DNA from: Methanomassiliicoccaceae archaeon
Lineage (GTDB): Archaea; Thermoplasmatota; Thermoplasmata; Methanomassiliicoccales; UBA472
Direction: 5' to 3'
DNA: 64,000 nt
Assembly: GCA_963768775.1 (NCBI GenBank)
Contig: CAVYIY010000008.1
Location: 386,658 to 450,657, forward strand
Part shown: piece by piece, positions 49,935 through 60,019 of the stretch
Numbering within the stretch: the first letter of the stretch is position 1
How the letters are laid out: every line of letters begins with the position of its first letter
Notes under the pieces: model-generated
Database searches by the model: none
What the model was told of the DNA's origin: nothing
Seen by the model: the letters and a program-made list of their open reading frames with translations, nothing else
Made by a program: the position numbers and the translations under genes

Positions 49935-51167
49935 ATGATCCCCCGGATCGGAAATCTGCGTTCGCTCGATAGGCGCCTCTGGGTGCTCTTCACCGGTAGG
50001 ATCATCGCCTCCACCGGCTTCGCCGTCGCAGTGCCCTTCCTGTCGATATACCTCAACCAGCACCTCGGCGTTCCAATGACCTTGGTCGGGTTGATCTTCC
50101 TTTTCTCCTCGGGAGCGGGAGCGGTCGGCCAGATACTGGGAGGCGAGCTCTCCGACCGGATCGGTCGCAAGAAGGTCATGATCTTCTCGATGGCCTCGCG
50201 CTCGGTTGTCTTCGCCTTGATCGCCTTGGTCATGATGAACCTGGGCGATTACGCGATCATAGGTTTGCTGATTGTTTGCAGCACATTCTTAGGGTCTTTC
50301 TTCGAGCCTGCTTCCAGCGCCATGATCGCCGACATAGTCCCCCCGAACAAGAGGCTGGAGGCCTATGGTCTGCTGCGCATCGGCCAGAATGTCGGCTGGA
50401 CCTTGGGACCATTGCTCGGCGGACTGCTGGTGATAATATCGTATTCCTCGCTATTCCTCCTCACCGCCATCAGCATGGCCAGCGTGGCCTTCATCGTGAT
50501 ATTGTTGATCTCGGACTCCATGTACTGCGCCAAGACCGAGCACTTCAGTGCCAGGGACCTGTTGGCGGTGCGCAAGGACACGGTATTCGCGGCGTTCTGC
50601 CTGATATCGGTGTTACTTTCTCTTGTGACCGCCCAGATGTCATCGGTCTATTCCGTTTACTCGGAAAAGGTGGTCGGCATCCAAGTGTACGAGGTCGGAT
50701 ACCTCTATGCCATTAACGGATTGATGGTGGTGCTCATCCAGTTCCCGGTCGCCCGCTGGGTGTCGCGCTTCCGCATGACCAATGCCATCTCCATAGGCGC
50801 CTTCCTCTATGCCATAGGCTACTTCCTGGTGGCGTTCACCAACGATTTCTTCACCCTGGCATTCTGCATGGTTGTCATCAGCATGGGCGAGATCGTCGTC
50901 TCCCCGGCATCGAGCAATCTGGTGGCTAACATGTCCCCGGAGAACATGCGCGGCCGCTACATGGGCGTTTACGGACTGTTCTCCCAATTCGGCTGGTCCA
51001 TGGGTCCGCTGGCCGGAGGTCTGCTGATGGACGCCTTCGTGGGCCAGCCCACAATCCTGTGGGGAGGGGTGGCGTCCTTCGCCGTCTTCGCGGCCATCGG
51101 GTATCTGATCCTCAGGTCGAGGATGACGGAGAGCATCGACCGGGTGCAGTCAGCCCAGCGTTCCTAG
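49935..51167 (+). CDS. MFS transporter
   Basis: About 410 aa and about 12 TM. An MFS loop motif-like GELSDRIGRKK lies between TM2 and TM3. Confidence 0.8.
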   Translation: MIPRIGNLRSLDRRLWVLFTGRIIASTGFAVAVPFLSIYLNQHLGVPMTLVGLIFLFSSGAGAVGQILGGELSDRIGRKKVMIFSMASRSVVFALIALVMMNLGDYAIIGLLIVCSTFLGSFFEPASSAMIADIVPPNKRLEAYGLLRIGQNVGWTLGPLLGGLLVIISYSSLFLLTAISMASVAFIVILLISDSMYCAKTEHFSARDLLAVRKDTVFAAFCLISVLLSLVTAQMSSVYSVYSEKVVGIQVYEVGYLYAINGLMVVLIQFPVARWVSRFRMTNAISIGAFLYAIGYFLVAFTNDFFTLAFCMVVISMGEIVVSPASSNLVANMSPENMRGRYMGVYGLFSQFGWSMGPLAGGLLMDAFVGQPTILWGGVASFAVFAAIGYLILRSRMTESIDRVQSAQRS

Positions 51168-51204
51168 AAAGGCTTATCTCCGCATCCAGCCTTGAAAGTG
51201 GCGA

Positions 51205-51957
51205 ATGAGGACCATCGGGATCTTCACCGAGGACTTCCATTTCTTCTACGAGCTGGTCCGCCGGCTGAAGGAGAAGGGTGAGCCCTTCGTCTCCATCAGC
51301 CTGTCTGGCGAGGTCCCGCCCGGCGTGGGGGTCGTGATCACCACAGAGGCAGAAAGGAAGAAGCTTCATTTCTCAGAGGTCGTCACGGAGAAGGACCCAG
51401 AGCGTGCCATCGATGTGGCGAAGTGCATGCTGGTCGGTGGGACGGAGTATCGCACCCTCATCATCGGGATCGACCCGGGGAAGAATACCGGGCTCGCCAT
51501 ATTCGGCGAGGGGAAGCTTCTGGTCGCCGAAACGGTACGCTACACCGGGAAAGTGGCGGAGGTGCTGGAGCATTTCCTGCACTGCCTCGATTACCAGAAG
51601 GCGGTGGCGCGCATCGGGCATGGCGACCCGACCAACCGGAATCGCATCATAAGGTCGATCTGGGGATTGGTGGACGAGATTGAATTGGTGGATGAAACCG
51701 GGACGACCCAGCGCACCCTGGACCCTGATGTCGATGCCGCCAAGCGGATTGCCATGTCCAAGGGGCAGAGGGTGAAGGAGGCTCCTGAGGTAGAGCCAAC
51801 GGCTGGCGAGCTTAGGGATATCCAGAGGCTCTCGCGCATCGAGAGCGAGGGCAGCGTCACCATCTCCTCTGATCTCGCGAGTGCGGTCGCCAAGGGAGAG
51901 ATGACTCTGCGCCAGGCGGTGCAATCGCAGCGCAAGCTCAGCTCTGAAGATGAGTGA
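51205..51957 (+). CDS. hypothetical protein with RuvC/RNase H-fold-like motif
   Basis: 250 aa. LIIGIDPGKNTGLAIFGEG resembles the first beta-strand/Asp motif of RuvC/YqgF-type nucleases. Weak assignment. Confidence 0.45.
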   Translation: MRTIGIFTEDFHFFYELVRRLKEKGEPFVSISLSGEVPPGVGVVITTEAERKKLHFSEVVTEKDPERAIDVAKCMLVGGTEYRTLIIGIDPGKNTGLAIFGEGKLLVAETVRYTGKVAEVLEHFLHCLDYQKAVARIGHGDPTNRNRIIRSIWGLVDEIELVDETGTTQRTLDPDVDAAKRIAMSKGQRVKEAPEVEPTAGELRDIQRLSRIESEGSVTISSDLASAVAKGEMTLRQAVQSQRKLSSEDE

Positions 51958-53458
51958 ACCCTGGCGTCCTGACCAGCACCATGCCGGAAACGCTCATGGG
52001 CTCGAACTTCCTGGCGACGCCGAGCGCGTCGTTGAGTTTGTTCTCGTTGTCGGCATAGATGGTGAATAGAGTGTCGCCCACATCCACTGTCGCCCCCACC
52101 TTATTGGAGATGACCACACCCGCACCTTTGTCCTTAGGCGCCCCGGCTGCCCTGGCGATTCGCACCAGATCCTTGTTCTTGATGTTGCCGATGTAGCCGG
52201 ACTTCTTGGCCAGAACACTGGTATCGAACTTACCCGGCTGGATGTCCGATGACTTGATGTTGGGATTCCCGCCCTGTGCCGCCACGATCTCCCGGAATTT
52301 CGCCAGAGCTGCCCCGGACTCGAGGATCTCCTTGGCGCGCTCGAAGCCGTGCGGGATCCCGCCCATCTCTAGGATGATGCCTGAGAGCCTCAATGCCTTT
52401 TCCACCACGGAATTGGGGAATTTCGCCCCCTCCAGCACGGTCATCGCCTCGCGGGCCTCCAGAGCCGGCCCGATGGCCCGGCCCACGGGTTGGCCACCAT
52501 AGGTTATGGCGCATTCCACCTTGATGCCCAAGGTCTCGCCCAGGTCGACGAAGTCCTTCGCATATGCCTTGGCGATCTCCATGGTAGGCACCTTGGTCTC
52601 CTGCCCCATCGGAATATCGACCAAGAGGAAATCCGCTCCTACCGCCTTCTTCTTGGACATCACGCTTGCCAATAGCTGGGGATGGGGATCAATGCCGAGA
52701 GGGTGCTCCACTCGGATGATCACGTCGTCCGCCGGTGCGAGGTTCAGCCCCCCGCCCCAGGCCATGATGCCTCCGTGGGTCTCGGCGATGTTCTTGAGCT
52801 CCTTAGCATCGAAATCGACGTTGGCGAAGACTTCGACGATGTCCGCGGTCCCGGCCGCGGAGCTGATGGCCCGCGAAGAGGTCTTCGGTATCAAGAGCCC
52901 CGCCGCTGCGACTATGGGGACAACGATCAGCGTCACCTTGTTGCCTGGGACTCCACCCACGGAATGGAAATCGAATACCGGCGAGCGGTCGAAATCGATG
53001 GTCTCCCCGGTCTCGACCATGGCCAGTGTGAGGTCCGCTGTTTCCCTGATGTTCATGCCATTGATGTGAAGACTAGTCACGTAGGCGGCCAGTTCGACGC
53101 TCGACAGCGTGCGGGCGCTGATGTCCGTCACCAGCGTTCTTATCTCCTCGGTGGTTAGCTCCAAACCGTCCATCTTCTTCCGGATGTAGTCGACCGACTC
53201 CGGTTTGCCCGTGGGCATGACGTCTAGGAGTTCTCCCGTCTCCGGCCCGATGAAGGAGAAGGCCTTGCCCAAGAGCCCGATTTCTCCTTCCTGGAGGACG
53301 GACTCGGTGGTCTGGACGATTGCCGTGACGGTGTTGCCTTCATGTCTTACCTTCACCCGGTCGCCTTCGTGCACACCGATCTCCATGCAGTCTTCGGTGC
53401 GGAGCAGTGCGGCTATCTCTCCAGTGTCCATATCGATGTATTTTGCCTTGAGCTTCAT
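51938..53458 (-). CDS. deoA: AMP phosphorylase (archaeal DeoA, thymidine phosphorylase family)
   Basis: 506 aa. N-terminal MKLKAKYIDMDTGE.. domain; SVGGVPGNKVTLIVVPIVAAAGL, TSSRAISSAAGTADIVE; collinear with the Thermococcus TK0353-type sequence as I recall it. Confidence 0.85.
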   Translation of the reverse strand: MKLKAKYIDMDTGEIAALLRTEDCMEIGVHEGDRVKVRHEGNTVTAIVQTTESVLQEGEIGLLGKAFSFIGPETGELLDVMPTGKPESVDYIRKKMDGLELTTEEIRTLVTDISARTLSSVELAAYVTSLHINGMNIRETADLTLAMVETGETIDFDRSPVFDFHSVGGVPGNKVTLIVVPIVAAAGLLIPKTSSRAISSAAGTADIVEVFANVDFDAKELKNIAETHGGIMAWGGGLNLAPADDVIIRVEHPLGIDPHPQLLASVMSKKKAVGADFLLVDIPMGQETKVPTMEIAKAYAKDFVDLGETLGIKVECAITYGGQPVGRAIGPALEAREAMTVLEGAKFPNSVVEKALRLSGIILEMGGIPHGFERAKEILESGAALAKFREIVAAQGGNPNIKSSDIQPGKFDTSVLAKKSGYIGNIKNKDLVRIARAAGAPKDKGAGVVISNKVGATVDVGDTLFTIYADNENKLNDALGVARKFEPMSVSGMVLVRTPGFTHLQS

Positions 53459-53461
53459 CGT

Positions 53462-54712
53462 TCAACCCCATTTCTCGAGTGCTAGTCTCAACTCTGGATG
53501 ATCCTTGGCGTAATCCTTGGCGGGTATGCCGGAGGAGGCCGCGTCCACCGCCTGGGCCATGGCCTTCGCCCCTCCCCTGACCCCCATCGGATGGCCGGCG
53601 ACGCCGCCTCCCGCCTGGATCTGGATGTCCTTGCCTGCAATCTCCACCAGCCTGCCAACCAGCCCGGGGTGCACCCCGCCCGAACAGACGCTGAGGCTGG
53701 GCTTCAGGCCGTACATCGGCTCGACGCAGGCCCTCTGGCTCTTCTGGTCCTCCAGCGAGACCCCTTGCATCTTGCCGACCCCGAAGGTACCGATGTGGAT
53801 GGCATCCCCGCCGCACATGCGCGTCAGCTTCGCCAGGACGCTCCAGGCGATGCCGTGTTCCTTGCTGCGCGTGAACGCGGCGTGCATGGTGCGATGAACA
53901 TGGATCGGGACCTTGATCGACGGGTCCTCGGCGATCACTTGCACGGCGGCGAAGCCTGCAGTGAGCACGTCCACCATTATCTCCGAGGCGCCGAGCTCCT
54001 GCGCCCTCTCCGCCACCTCCAGGATCTTATCCCCTCTGGTCGAGACATTGATGGCATGTATGATCCGGTGCCCGGTCTCGGATTGGACCTGGTCGATTGC
54101 CTCGGCGATAGCGACCACCCTCTCCTCGAGGGGGCAGAAGCTTTGGTTCACCAGGGTCTCGTCGTCCTTGCCGTTCGTCAGGCCTCCCATGCCCGACTCG
54201 TAAATGTAATCCCCATATCCCTGCGGGGTCAAGCCGATCTTCGGCTTCACTATGGTTCCGACCAAAGGCTTCTCCGGCCGATTCAGCAAGGAGCGCATCC
54301 CGTCGATGCCGAACTTCGGGCCCTTGAACTCTTTGACGATGGAACGGGGGAAGACGCAATCCTCCAGTCTTACGGCCTTCAGCGCGTCGAGGCCGAAGAG
54401 ATTGCCGGAGATCACGCTGAGGATCTGGGGGACGCCTCCGATATCGAGGCTGAAATCGGCGATGGGATAGGCGATATGGCAGACATCGTCGCGGATGTCG
54501 ATTACTTTTCCGCTATATGCTTTGAAGATCCCCTCTTCCAGGGTGCTCAGGCCGGTCCAGGTGCCGGTGGATTGCTCCGTGGCGATCGCCGCCGCTGCGG
54601 TCTTCATCGGCAGATCGGTCTTGACCCGGTAGACGCAGACCACGTGCGCGTCCAGGTCGATCTTCTCTCCCAGATGCAAGTACTGCTCAGAGTATTCCAA
54701 TTCACTCACCAT
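53462..54712 (-). CDS. rbcL: ribulose-1,5-bisphosphate carboxylase, form III-like large subunit
   Basis: 416 aa. Catalytic pattern retained: KPKIGL, GKDDE (carbamyl-Lys/Asp/Glu), HVHRTMHAAF, GVGKMQG, CSGGVHPG, GGGVAGHP. Confidence 0.8.
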   Translation of the reverse strand: MVSELEYSEQYLHLGEKIDLDAHVVCVYRVKTDLPMKTAAAAIATEQSTGTWTGLSTLEEGIFKAYSGKVIDIRDDVCHIAYPIADFSLDIGGVPQILSVISGNLFGLDALKAVRLEDCVFPRSIVKEFKGPKFGIDGMRSLLNRPEKPLVGTIVKPKIGLTPQGYGDYIYESGMGGLTNGKDDETLVNQSFCPLEERVVAIAEAIDQVQSETGHRIIHAINVSTRGDKILEVAERAQELGASEIMVDVLTAGFAAVQVIAEDPSIKVPIHVHRTMHAAFTRSKEHGIAWSVLAKLTRMCGGDAIHIGTFGVGKMQGVSLEDQKSQRACVEPMYGLKPSLSVCSGGVHPGLVGRLVEIAGKDIQIQAGGGVAGHPMGVRGGAKAMAQAVDAASSGIPAKDYAKDHPELRLALEKWG

Positions 54713-55698
54713 TTCGAAGTGGCCTCGAAAATGAACTCATGGCCCAGTTGCCGGACGATTATTTCGTATGCTGCGGAGGGTGGGACGACGCCTATCTCGG
54801 TCACAATGGCATCGATGTATTCGGGAGGGGTGGCATCGAACACTGGGTTCAATATCTTGGTTCCCGGAGGAACCTCCCCCGGCTTGGCGACCTCGCTCGA
54901 ATCTCGCTCTTCGATCTGCACCAGCTCGCCGTACATGGTCTTGGGGGAGAACTTGAACGTTTCTGCGCAGACCAGGAAGGGCACCCGCGCCTCGTGGGCG
55001 GCCAGCGCGATCTGCGACGTGCCGATCTTGTTGATGAGCGCTCCATTGGAACAGATGGTGTCCGCCCCGACCACTACGGCATCCAGGTCCTTCATCAGCC
55101 ATCTTCCCGCCGAGTCGACGATCAGTGTCGGCTTGAGGCCGGCGGCGGTGAGATCCTTCACCGTCTGCAGTCCCTGGCGCCACGGCCGCGATTCGGTGGC
55201 AAAGACATCCAGCTTCTTTCCTTCCTTGTGCGCCTGGATGATCACGCCGAGCGCGGATTTGCTGTTGCAGTGCGTCAGCACTCTGTCGCCGTCGCGCAGC
55301 CGCCTCGAACCAACGCGCCCGATGATCTCCACCGCCTCCTTGGAGCGCTTGATGAAATCGTCAGCGTTTCTGATGACCAATCGGCGCAGCTCCTCCACGT
55401 CCATGGCCGAAGCGGAATCCTTCAGCACCGCTTGGACGCCGTTCCAGAGCGAGATTGCCGTCGGCCTTGATGCCAGCAGTTCCTCTTTTGCCAGAGAGAG
55501 CGAGTGGCGGAGCTCCTCCAGGTCTTGGCCTGGGAAACCTTCCGCCTCCTCCTTCATCGCCTCGGCGGCGCTTCGGGCGATCTCGGCCGCACCGCGGACC
55601 TCCATGCGCTTGATCGCTCCTGCTGCATCCTTGACTCTCATGTTACTCGACCTCTCATATCCAACCACTGGAAAATAAATGTTGGTGGGGTTACTCAT
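54706..55698 (-). CDS. ribose-1,5-bisphosphate isomerase (eIF-2B alpha/beta/delta family)
   Basis: 330 aa with an eIF2B-like fold (..VLTHCNS.., ..VVVGADTICSNGALINKIGT..). Overlaps the rbcL start by 7 nt. Confidence 0.8.
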   Translation of the reverse strand: MSNPTNIYFPVVGYERSSNMRVKDAAGAIKRMEVRGAAEIARSAAEAMKEEAEGFPGQDLEELRHSLSLAKEELLASRPTAISLWNGVQAVLKDSASAMDVEELRRLVIRNADDFIKRSKEAVEIIGRVGSRRLRDGDRVLTHCNSKSALGVIIQAHKEGKKLDVFATESRPWRQGLQTVKDLTAAGLKPTLIVDSAGRWLMKDLDAVVVGADTICSNGALINKIGTSQIALAAHEARVPFLVCAETFKFSPKTMYGELVQIEERDSSEVAKPGEVPPGTKILNPVFDATPPEYIDAIVTEIGVVPPSAAYEIIVRQLGHEFIFEATSKW

Positions 55699-55731
55699 CG
55701 CTTCGGCTTGCGCTGAAATGAGCGGTTGGTC

Positions 55732-57447
55732 TCAACTGCTCAGATAGCTCACCAGCTCCTTCAGGGGAAGCGTGTTCAGCACCTCCCCCTTCTCCAGCCA
55801 GCCTCTTCTGGCCGTGGCCACGCCGAAGAACATGTAGTCGAGCTGCGGGATGCTGTGCGAATCCGTGCCGATGGCAAGCTTCACGCCGATCTCCTTGGCC
55901 ATCCGGCAGTTCACATCGTTGAGGTCCATCCGTTCCGGGAAGGCGTTGAGCTCCAGGCAGACGCCGGCCGACTTCGCCGCCTGCATCACCTTCTCCAAAT
56001 CGATCTGATAGGGCTCCCTCTGCTCCAGCTTCCTCCCCGTCGGGTGCGCCAGTATCGTCAGGTAATCGTTGGATATCGCGGCGATTACCCGCTTGGTCAT
56101 CGCATCCTTTTCCATGCTGAACTTGGAATGGACCGCTCCGATGACGAAATCCAGCTCACGAAGGACATCGTCAGGGTAATCGAGGCTGCCGTTCTCCCTT
56201 ATCTCCACCTCCGCGCCGATGAGGATTTTGAGCCCATCGACTCTCTTGGACACATTGTGAGCGACGTCGATGTTGCCCCTCAGCCTTTCCACCGAAAGTC
56301 CGTCGGTCACCCTCAGGCCGTATGAGTGATCGGTGATCCCCAAGTACTCGTATCCCCGTTTCTTGCACGCCCAGGCCATCTCCTCCATGCTAGTCTTGCC
56401 GTCGCTGGCCATGGTATGGATGTGGAAATCCCCCTTGATGTCCTTGAGCTCGATGAGCTCGGGCAAGGTGCCTTTCCGGGAGGCTTCGATTTCTCCGTTA
56501 TCTTCCCTCAGCTCCGGGGGCATGATCTTCAGACCGAGCGCTTTGTAGATGTCCTCCTCGGTGCGTCGCGCCACCACCTCGGTCAGGTCCTTCTTGAAGA
56601 GGCCGTACTCGTTCAGCTTCCAGCCCTTCTCGATTGCCAGCGAACGCAGCTTGATGTTGTGGTCCTTCGACCCAGTGAAGTACTGCAGGGCAGCGCCGTA
56701 TGCCTCCTCCTCCACCACGCGCAGGTCGACCTGGGTGCCGTCCTTCAGCCGTACCATCGCCTTGGTCGGCCCCCTCTCCACCACCTCCGCCACCTCTGGG
56801 TAGGAGGTGAAGGTGTCCATCACCTTCTTCACATCGTTGCTGCCTGCCAGCAGGTCGATGTCGCCTATCGTCTCCTTCATCCGCCGCAGGCTGCCACCCA
56901 GGCTGATGAGTTTGAGCTGGGCCTGCTCCTCCACGTACCTTCTGACCTTCTCCGCCACTGGATAGGCGTAGCCGAGCAGCATCCGGCCGCTACGCTTCTC
57001 CATCAAGGATATCCCGTGCAGGATGCGCTCCTCCGACCGCTCCCCGAATCCTTTCAAGGAGCGTATCCGGTGCTGCTCCGCCGCCTCTTTCAGTTCCTGG
57101 ACATTGGTGACCTTCAGTTCCTTGTACAAGTGCAGGGCGGTCTTCGGACCCAGCTCCGGCACCTCCACTAACTGAAGGAGCCCGGCGGGCAGTGCCTGCT
57201 TTAGCTCGTCCAAATAGCGAAGATGGCCAGTGGCCAATATCTCCTCCACCTTCTTTGCGATGGCCTCGCCCACGCCGGGGATGTCGCGCAGGTTGCTGGT
57301 CTTCCTGTACTCATCCAGCTCTTTGGTCATGGATTCGATGTTCCGTGCTGCGTTGCGATAGGCGTTCGGTTTGAATCCGACTCCCTGCAGTTCGAGCAGG
57401 TCCGCCACCTCATAGAGGATCTTCGCTACCTCGATGTTCCGGACCAT
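55732..57447 (-). CDS. polX: family X DNA polymerase with C-terminal PHP domain (PolX)
   Basis: 571 aa. HhH GVGEAIAKK, the nucleotidyltransferase motif GGSLRRMKETIGDIDLL, and PHP GDFHIHT..GITDHS. Confidence 0.9.
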   Translation of the reverse strand: MVRNIEVAKILYEVADLLELQGVGFKPNAYRNAARNIESMTKELDEYRKTSNLRDIPGVGEAIAKKVEEILATGHLRYLDELKQALPAGLLQLVEVPELGPKTALHLYKELKVTNVQELKEAAEQHRIRSLKGFGERSEERILHGISLMEKRSGRMLLGYAYPVAEKVRRYVEEQAQLKLISLGGSLRRMKETIGDIDLLAGSNDVKKVMDTFTSYPEVAEVVERGPTKAMVRLKDGTQVDLRVVEEEAYGAALQYFTGSKDHNIKLRSLAIEKGWKLNEYGLFKKDLTEVVARRTEEDIYKALGLKIMPPELREDNGEIEASRKGTLPELIELKDIKGDFHIHTMASDGKTSMEEMAWACKKRGYEYLGITDHSYGLRVTDGLSVERLRGNIDVAHNVSKRVDGLKILIGAEVEIRENGSLDYPDDVLRELDFVIGAVHSKFSMEKDAMTKRVIAAISNDYLTILAHPTGRKLEQREPYQIDLEKVMQAAKSAGVCLELNAFPERMDLNDVNCRMAKEIGVKLAIGTDSHSIPQLDYMFFGVATARRGWLEKGEVLNTLPLKELVSYLSS

Positions 57448-57562
57448 TCGCGTAGTTCTATGCAGCTCGGTTGATTAAAATGATTACCGTTGATTGGAGC
57501 TGACGCCTCTTGGGAGGGCTTGGTCATCCTCAAATCGAATTTCGGCAAGATGCGATCGATAC

Positions 57563-58351
57563 TCATTCCTCGTCCGATTCCCTTTCCAGCGCCTTCAGGT
57601 CCTTTGGGTCCAGGACCACGGGATCGAACGGGACCAGTAAAATGCCCTTAGCCAGGAAGACCTGGTCCTTCGTTCCGGAGAGGAATTTGAGCACGGTCTT
57701 GAAATCGTTCTGATTGATCAGGTACTCCAAGCCCTCCAGCAAAACGATCGCCTTTTTGTTTTCAGAGATGAAGGATTTGATCAGGGTAGTGATCGCCGGA
57801 GTATCGGTGGGCGAAACGTATTCGAGGTTGGCGGAAGCGCCGCCGTTGCGCACCCCTTCCATCTTGGTCAGCCATACCATCCGGCAATCGAGGCCATACT
57901 TCTCGCGCAGATGGTCCGGCGGAGTCCGGACGATGCAGAGGCCAGAAGCCCCCTTCTTAAGCTGGGACTTCATTGCCGCCATGGGCTGGTCCAGCCGCTT
58001 GTCCTTTATGATGTACGTCGCGCCGGCCACGACATTGAGCGGTTGGACGCTCTCCTCTTCGATAGCGGAGGTCTGCTCCTTCTGCTCCGGGGCGGATTGC
58101 TGTGGAGGTTTGGCTGCGCCCGCGGGAACCTCGATGATCTTATCCTCGGATAGGTCCATCTCCCGCTTCAATCTCTTCGCGCGCAGATCGACCTTGTCCT
58201 GGAGCTGGGACCTCCTGGTCTTCGCCAGTATCTGGATCTCGCGGGAGGTGTAGCCCTTGCTCGTCATCGAGATCAGCTCTTCCCACGCCTCCTTCAGACC
58301 CTCCTCGTACCCTTTCATGTAGCCTTTGGCGTAGGATTCCTCTTCCGACAT
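57563..58351 (-). CDS. DUF835-domain protein with helical N-terminal domain
   Basis: The C-terminal half (GLCIVRTPPDHLREKYGL..MVWLTK..AIVLLEGLEYLINQNDFKTVLKFL) matches my recollection of DUF835. GGAGG SD before the ATG at 58351. Confidence 0.6.
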   Translation of the reverse strand: MSEEESYAKGYMKGYEEGLKEAWEELISMTSKGYTSREIQILAKTRRSQLQDKVDLRAKRLKREMDLSEDKIIEVPAGAAKPPQQSAPEQKEQTSAIEEESVQPLNVVAGATYIIKDKRLDQPMAAMKSQLKKGASGLCIVRTPPDHLREKYGLDCRMVWLTKMEGVRNGGASANLEYVSPTDTPAITTLIKSFISENKKAIVLLEGLEYLINQNDFKTVLKFLSGTKDQVFLAKGILLVPFDPVVLDPKDLKALERESDEE

Positions 58352-58486
58352 CAACTGCCTCCGGTTTATGAATGTTCATGCGAGTAAAACTAATTTATTG
58401 CCCTGGGTCCATTGAAGTTAGATGGAACGGCGCGGCCGCGAATTCGACGCAAAGTTTCTAATCCCGCCGCCGCCTCCACTTCCTTG

Positions 58487-60019
58487 ATGGGCCGAGCCGT
58501 ACGTTTTCGCGGGGTGAAAGCTACCCCAAAGACGCTGGAGAAGGACCTGCTCGCGAAAGCGGGCCGGTTGGCAGCGGACCCATCGCTGCTGATCCCCAAA
58601 TGTGAGCACGCCTGCCGCCGCTGCGGATACGACAAGCTGCTGAAGAAGATGGAGAAGGTGGCGCATTACAAGGACGACGCGGATGCGTTGCAGGACCTTG
58701 CCACGAGGGGGGACCAGCTGGTCCGGGCCTATGCCGCCACGATTTCATTGGCTGCCAGCGGCAAGATACCGTTCCTCAGCAGCAAGAAGATGCCCTGGGG
58801 CGATGTCTCATTCGCAGTTCGAGGGAAGGTCGACCCGGAGTATCTCATCGGAGTCCAGCATTTCGACGACCCAGATTTGCGACTTCTTGCCTATTTCCAG
58901 GAGGCAAAGGACGGCGACCTCCATTTCTACTCCGCGCCGGAGAACCTGTACTGCTCGTCCGATGGAGCGCAGGCGCCAGCGAGCTACAGCAAGGAGATGC
59001 TGGCCACTGCACCCTATGAACTCAAGGCGGACAACAGCTGCGGGCATCCCGAGGCGGTCATCGGGCTGATGATCAATTGGCGGTCGGCCAAGATCAACAT
59101 CTTCGTCTGCCAGGAATGCGCCGACGAGGTCAACCTCCTGCATCACCTGCTCTCCCGCATCGCGGCAAGGGAGCCGTGGGACGACTTCGATGTCGACGTT
59201 CGCTACTCTCCCCGCTGCGTTGCAGATTGCGGGGCATGCAGGATGAGAGAGAAGTTCTCCATGAGCCATGGGCTCAAGGAGGCCTACGAGAAGGGGCAGC
59301 TCAGCGACGTCATGCTGCTATCGCGATACAGCCAGGAAAGGGAGGCGCATCTGCAAGCGTCAGGCGGCGAGCTCTACATTTCCGGCGATGAGTGCTTCGG
59401 CCATAACAAGGAAGCCTTCCTGGCAAGGCTGAAAGGGAATGAGGCTGAGCTGATCGCCCTCAGCGGCGTCGTCCGCAGCAAGCCGATGCCGATCATCTCC
59501 GTCAACGGTCAGGCCGGTCGCATCATCGCGGACCTATGGCCGCAGCTGAAGGAAGAGCTGCTGGCCCAGGTCGCCGGCCCGGACATAGTGAAGTCAGTGC
59601 TGGCCAATCCAGGGAACCTCACGCCTCCGCAGCTGGTCTTCGAGGCGCGCAGGCAGCAGCTGTCACGCAGCGTCATCTCCCGCCTTCCCGATTATGCCAG
59701 GAGAGGTCCAATCGGAACCATGGCCGACGACCTGGCGAGAACGTTCAAGACCGAGGGGAAGGCGGCGATGGTCAGGCAACTGGACCGAAACCGGCCGCGG
59801 GAGACCAGGTCCAAATCGGTGGCATACGGTTTCCTCGCTGCCGTCGGCGAGGCCGATTCGCACAATTGGCAGTATACCAAGGAGGAGATTGACTTCGGCC
59901 GATACCTGGGGGAGTTCGTGCAGGTGCTCCTCGCGGCCGAGGGAAATGAGTACGATGGGGCGCTGCACAACCTTCTGGCGGCAAGCGGCGCGAACGAAGA
60001 GTTGAAGCGCAAGACCTGA
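58487..60019 (+). CDS. hypothetical Cys-rich protein, no recognised family
   Basis: ORF 58412..60019; ATG at 58487 is likely. Cys pairs CEHACRRCG, CQECADE and CVADCGACRM. About 510 aa with an uninterrupted frame. Confidence 0.5.
   Translation: MGRAVRFRGVKATPKTLEKDLLAKAGRLAADPSLLIPKCEHACRRCGYDKLLKKMEKVAHYKDDADALQDLATRGDQLVRAYAATISLAASGKIPFLSSKKMPWGDVSFAVRGKVDPEYLIGVQHFDDPDLRLLAYFQEAKDGDLHFYSAPENLYCSSDGAQAPASYSKEMLATAPYELKADNSCGHPEAVIGLMINWRSAKINIFVCQECADEVNLLHHLLSRIAAREPWDDFDVDVRYSPRCVADCGACRMREKFSMSHGLKEAYEKGQLSDVMLLSRYSQEREAHLQASGGELYISGDECFGHNKEAFLARLKGNEAELIALSGVVRSKPMPIISVNGQAGRIIADLWPQLKEELLAQVAGPDIVKSVLANPGNLTPPQLVFEARRQQLSRSVISRLPDYARRGPIGTMADDLARTFKTEGKAAMVRQLDRNRPRETRSKSVAYGFLAAVGEADSHNWQYTKEEIDFGRYLGEFVQVLLAAEGNEYDGALHNLLAASGANEELKRKT

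Noticed and set aside
53498-55678. 726-aa ORF on the plus strand
   Set aside because: It lies entirely antisense to the RuBisCO and R15P isomerase genes, which carry clear catalytic motifs. Its composition is shadow-like.
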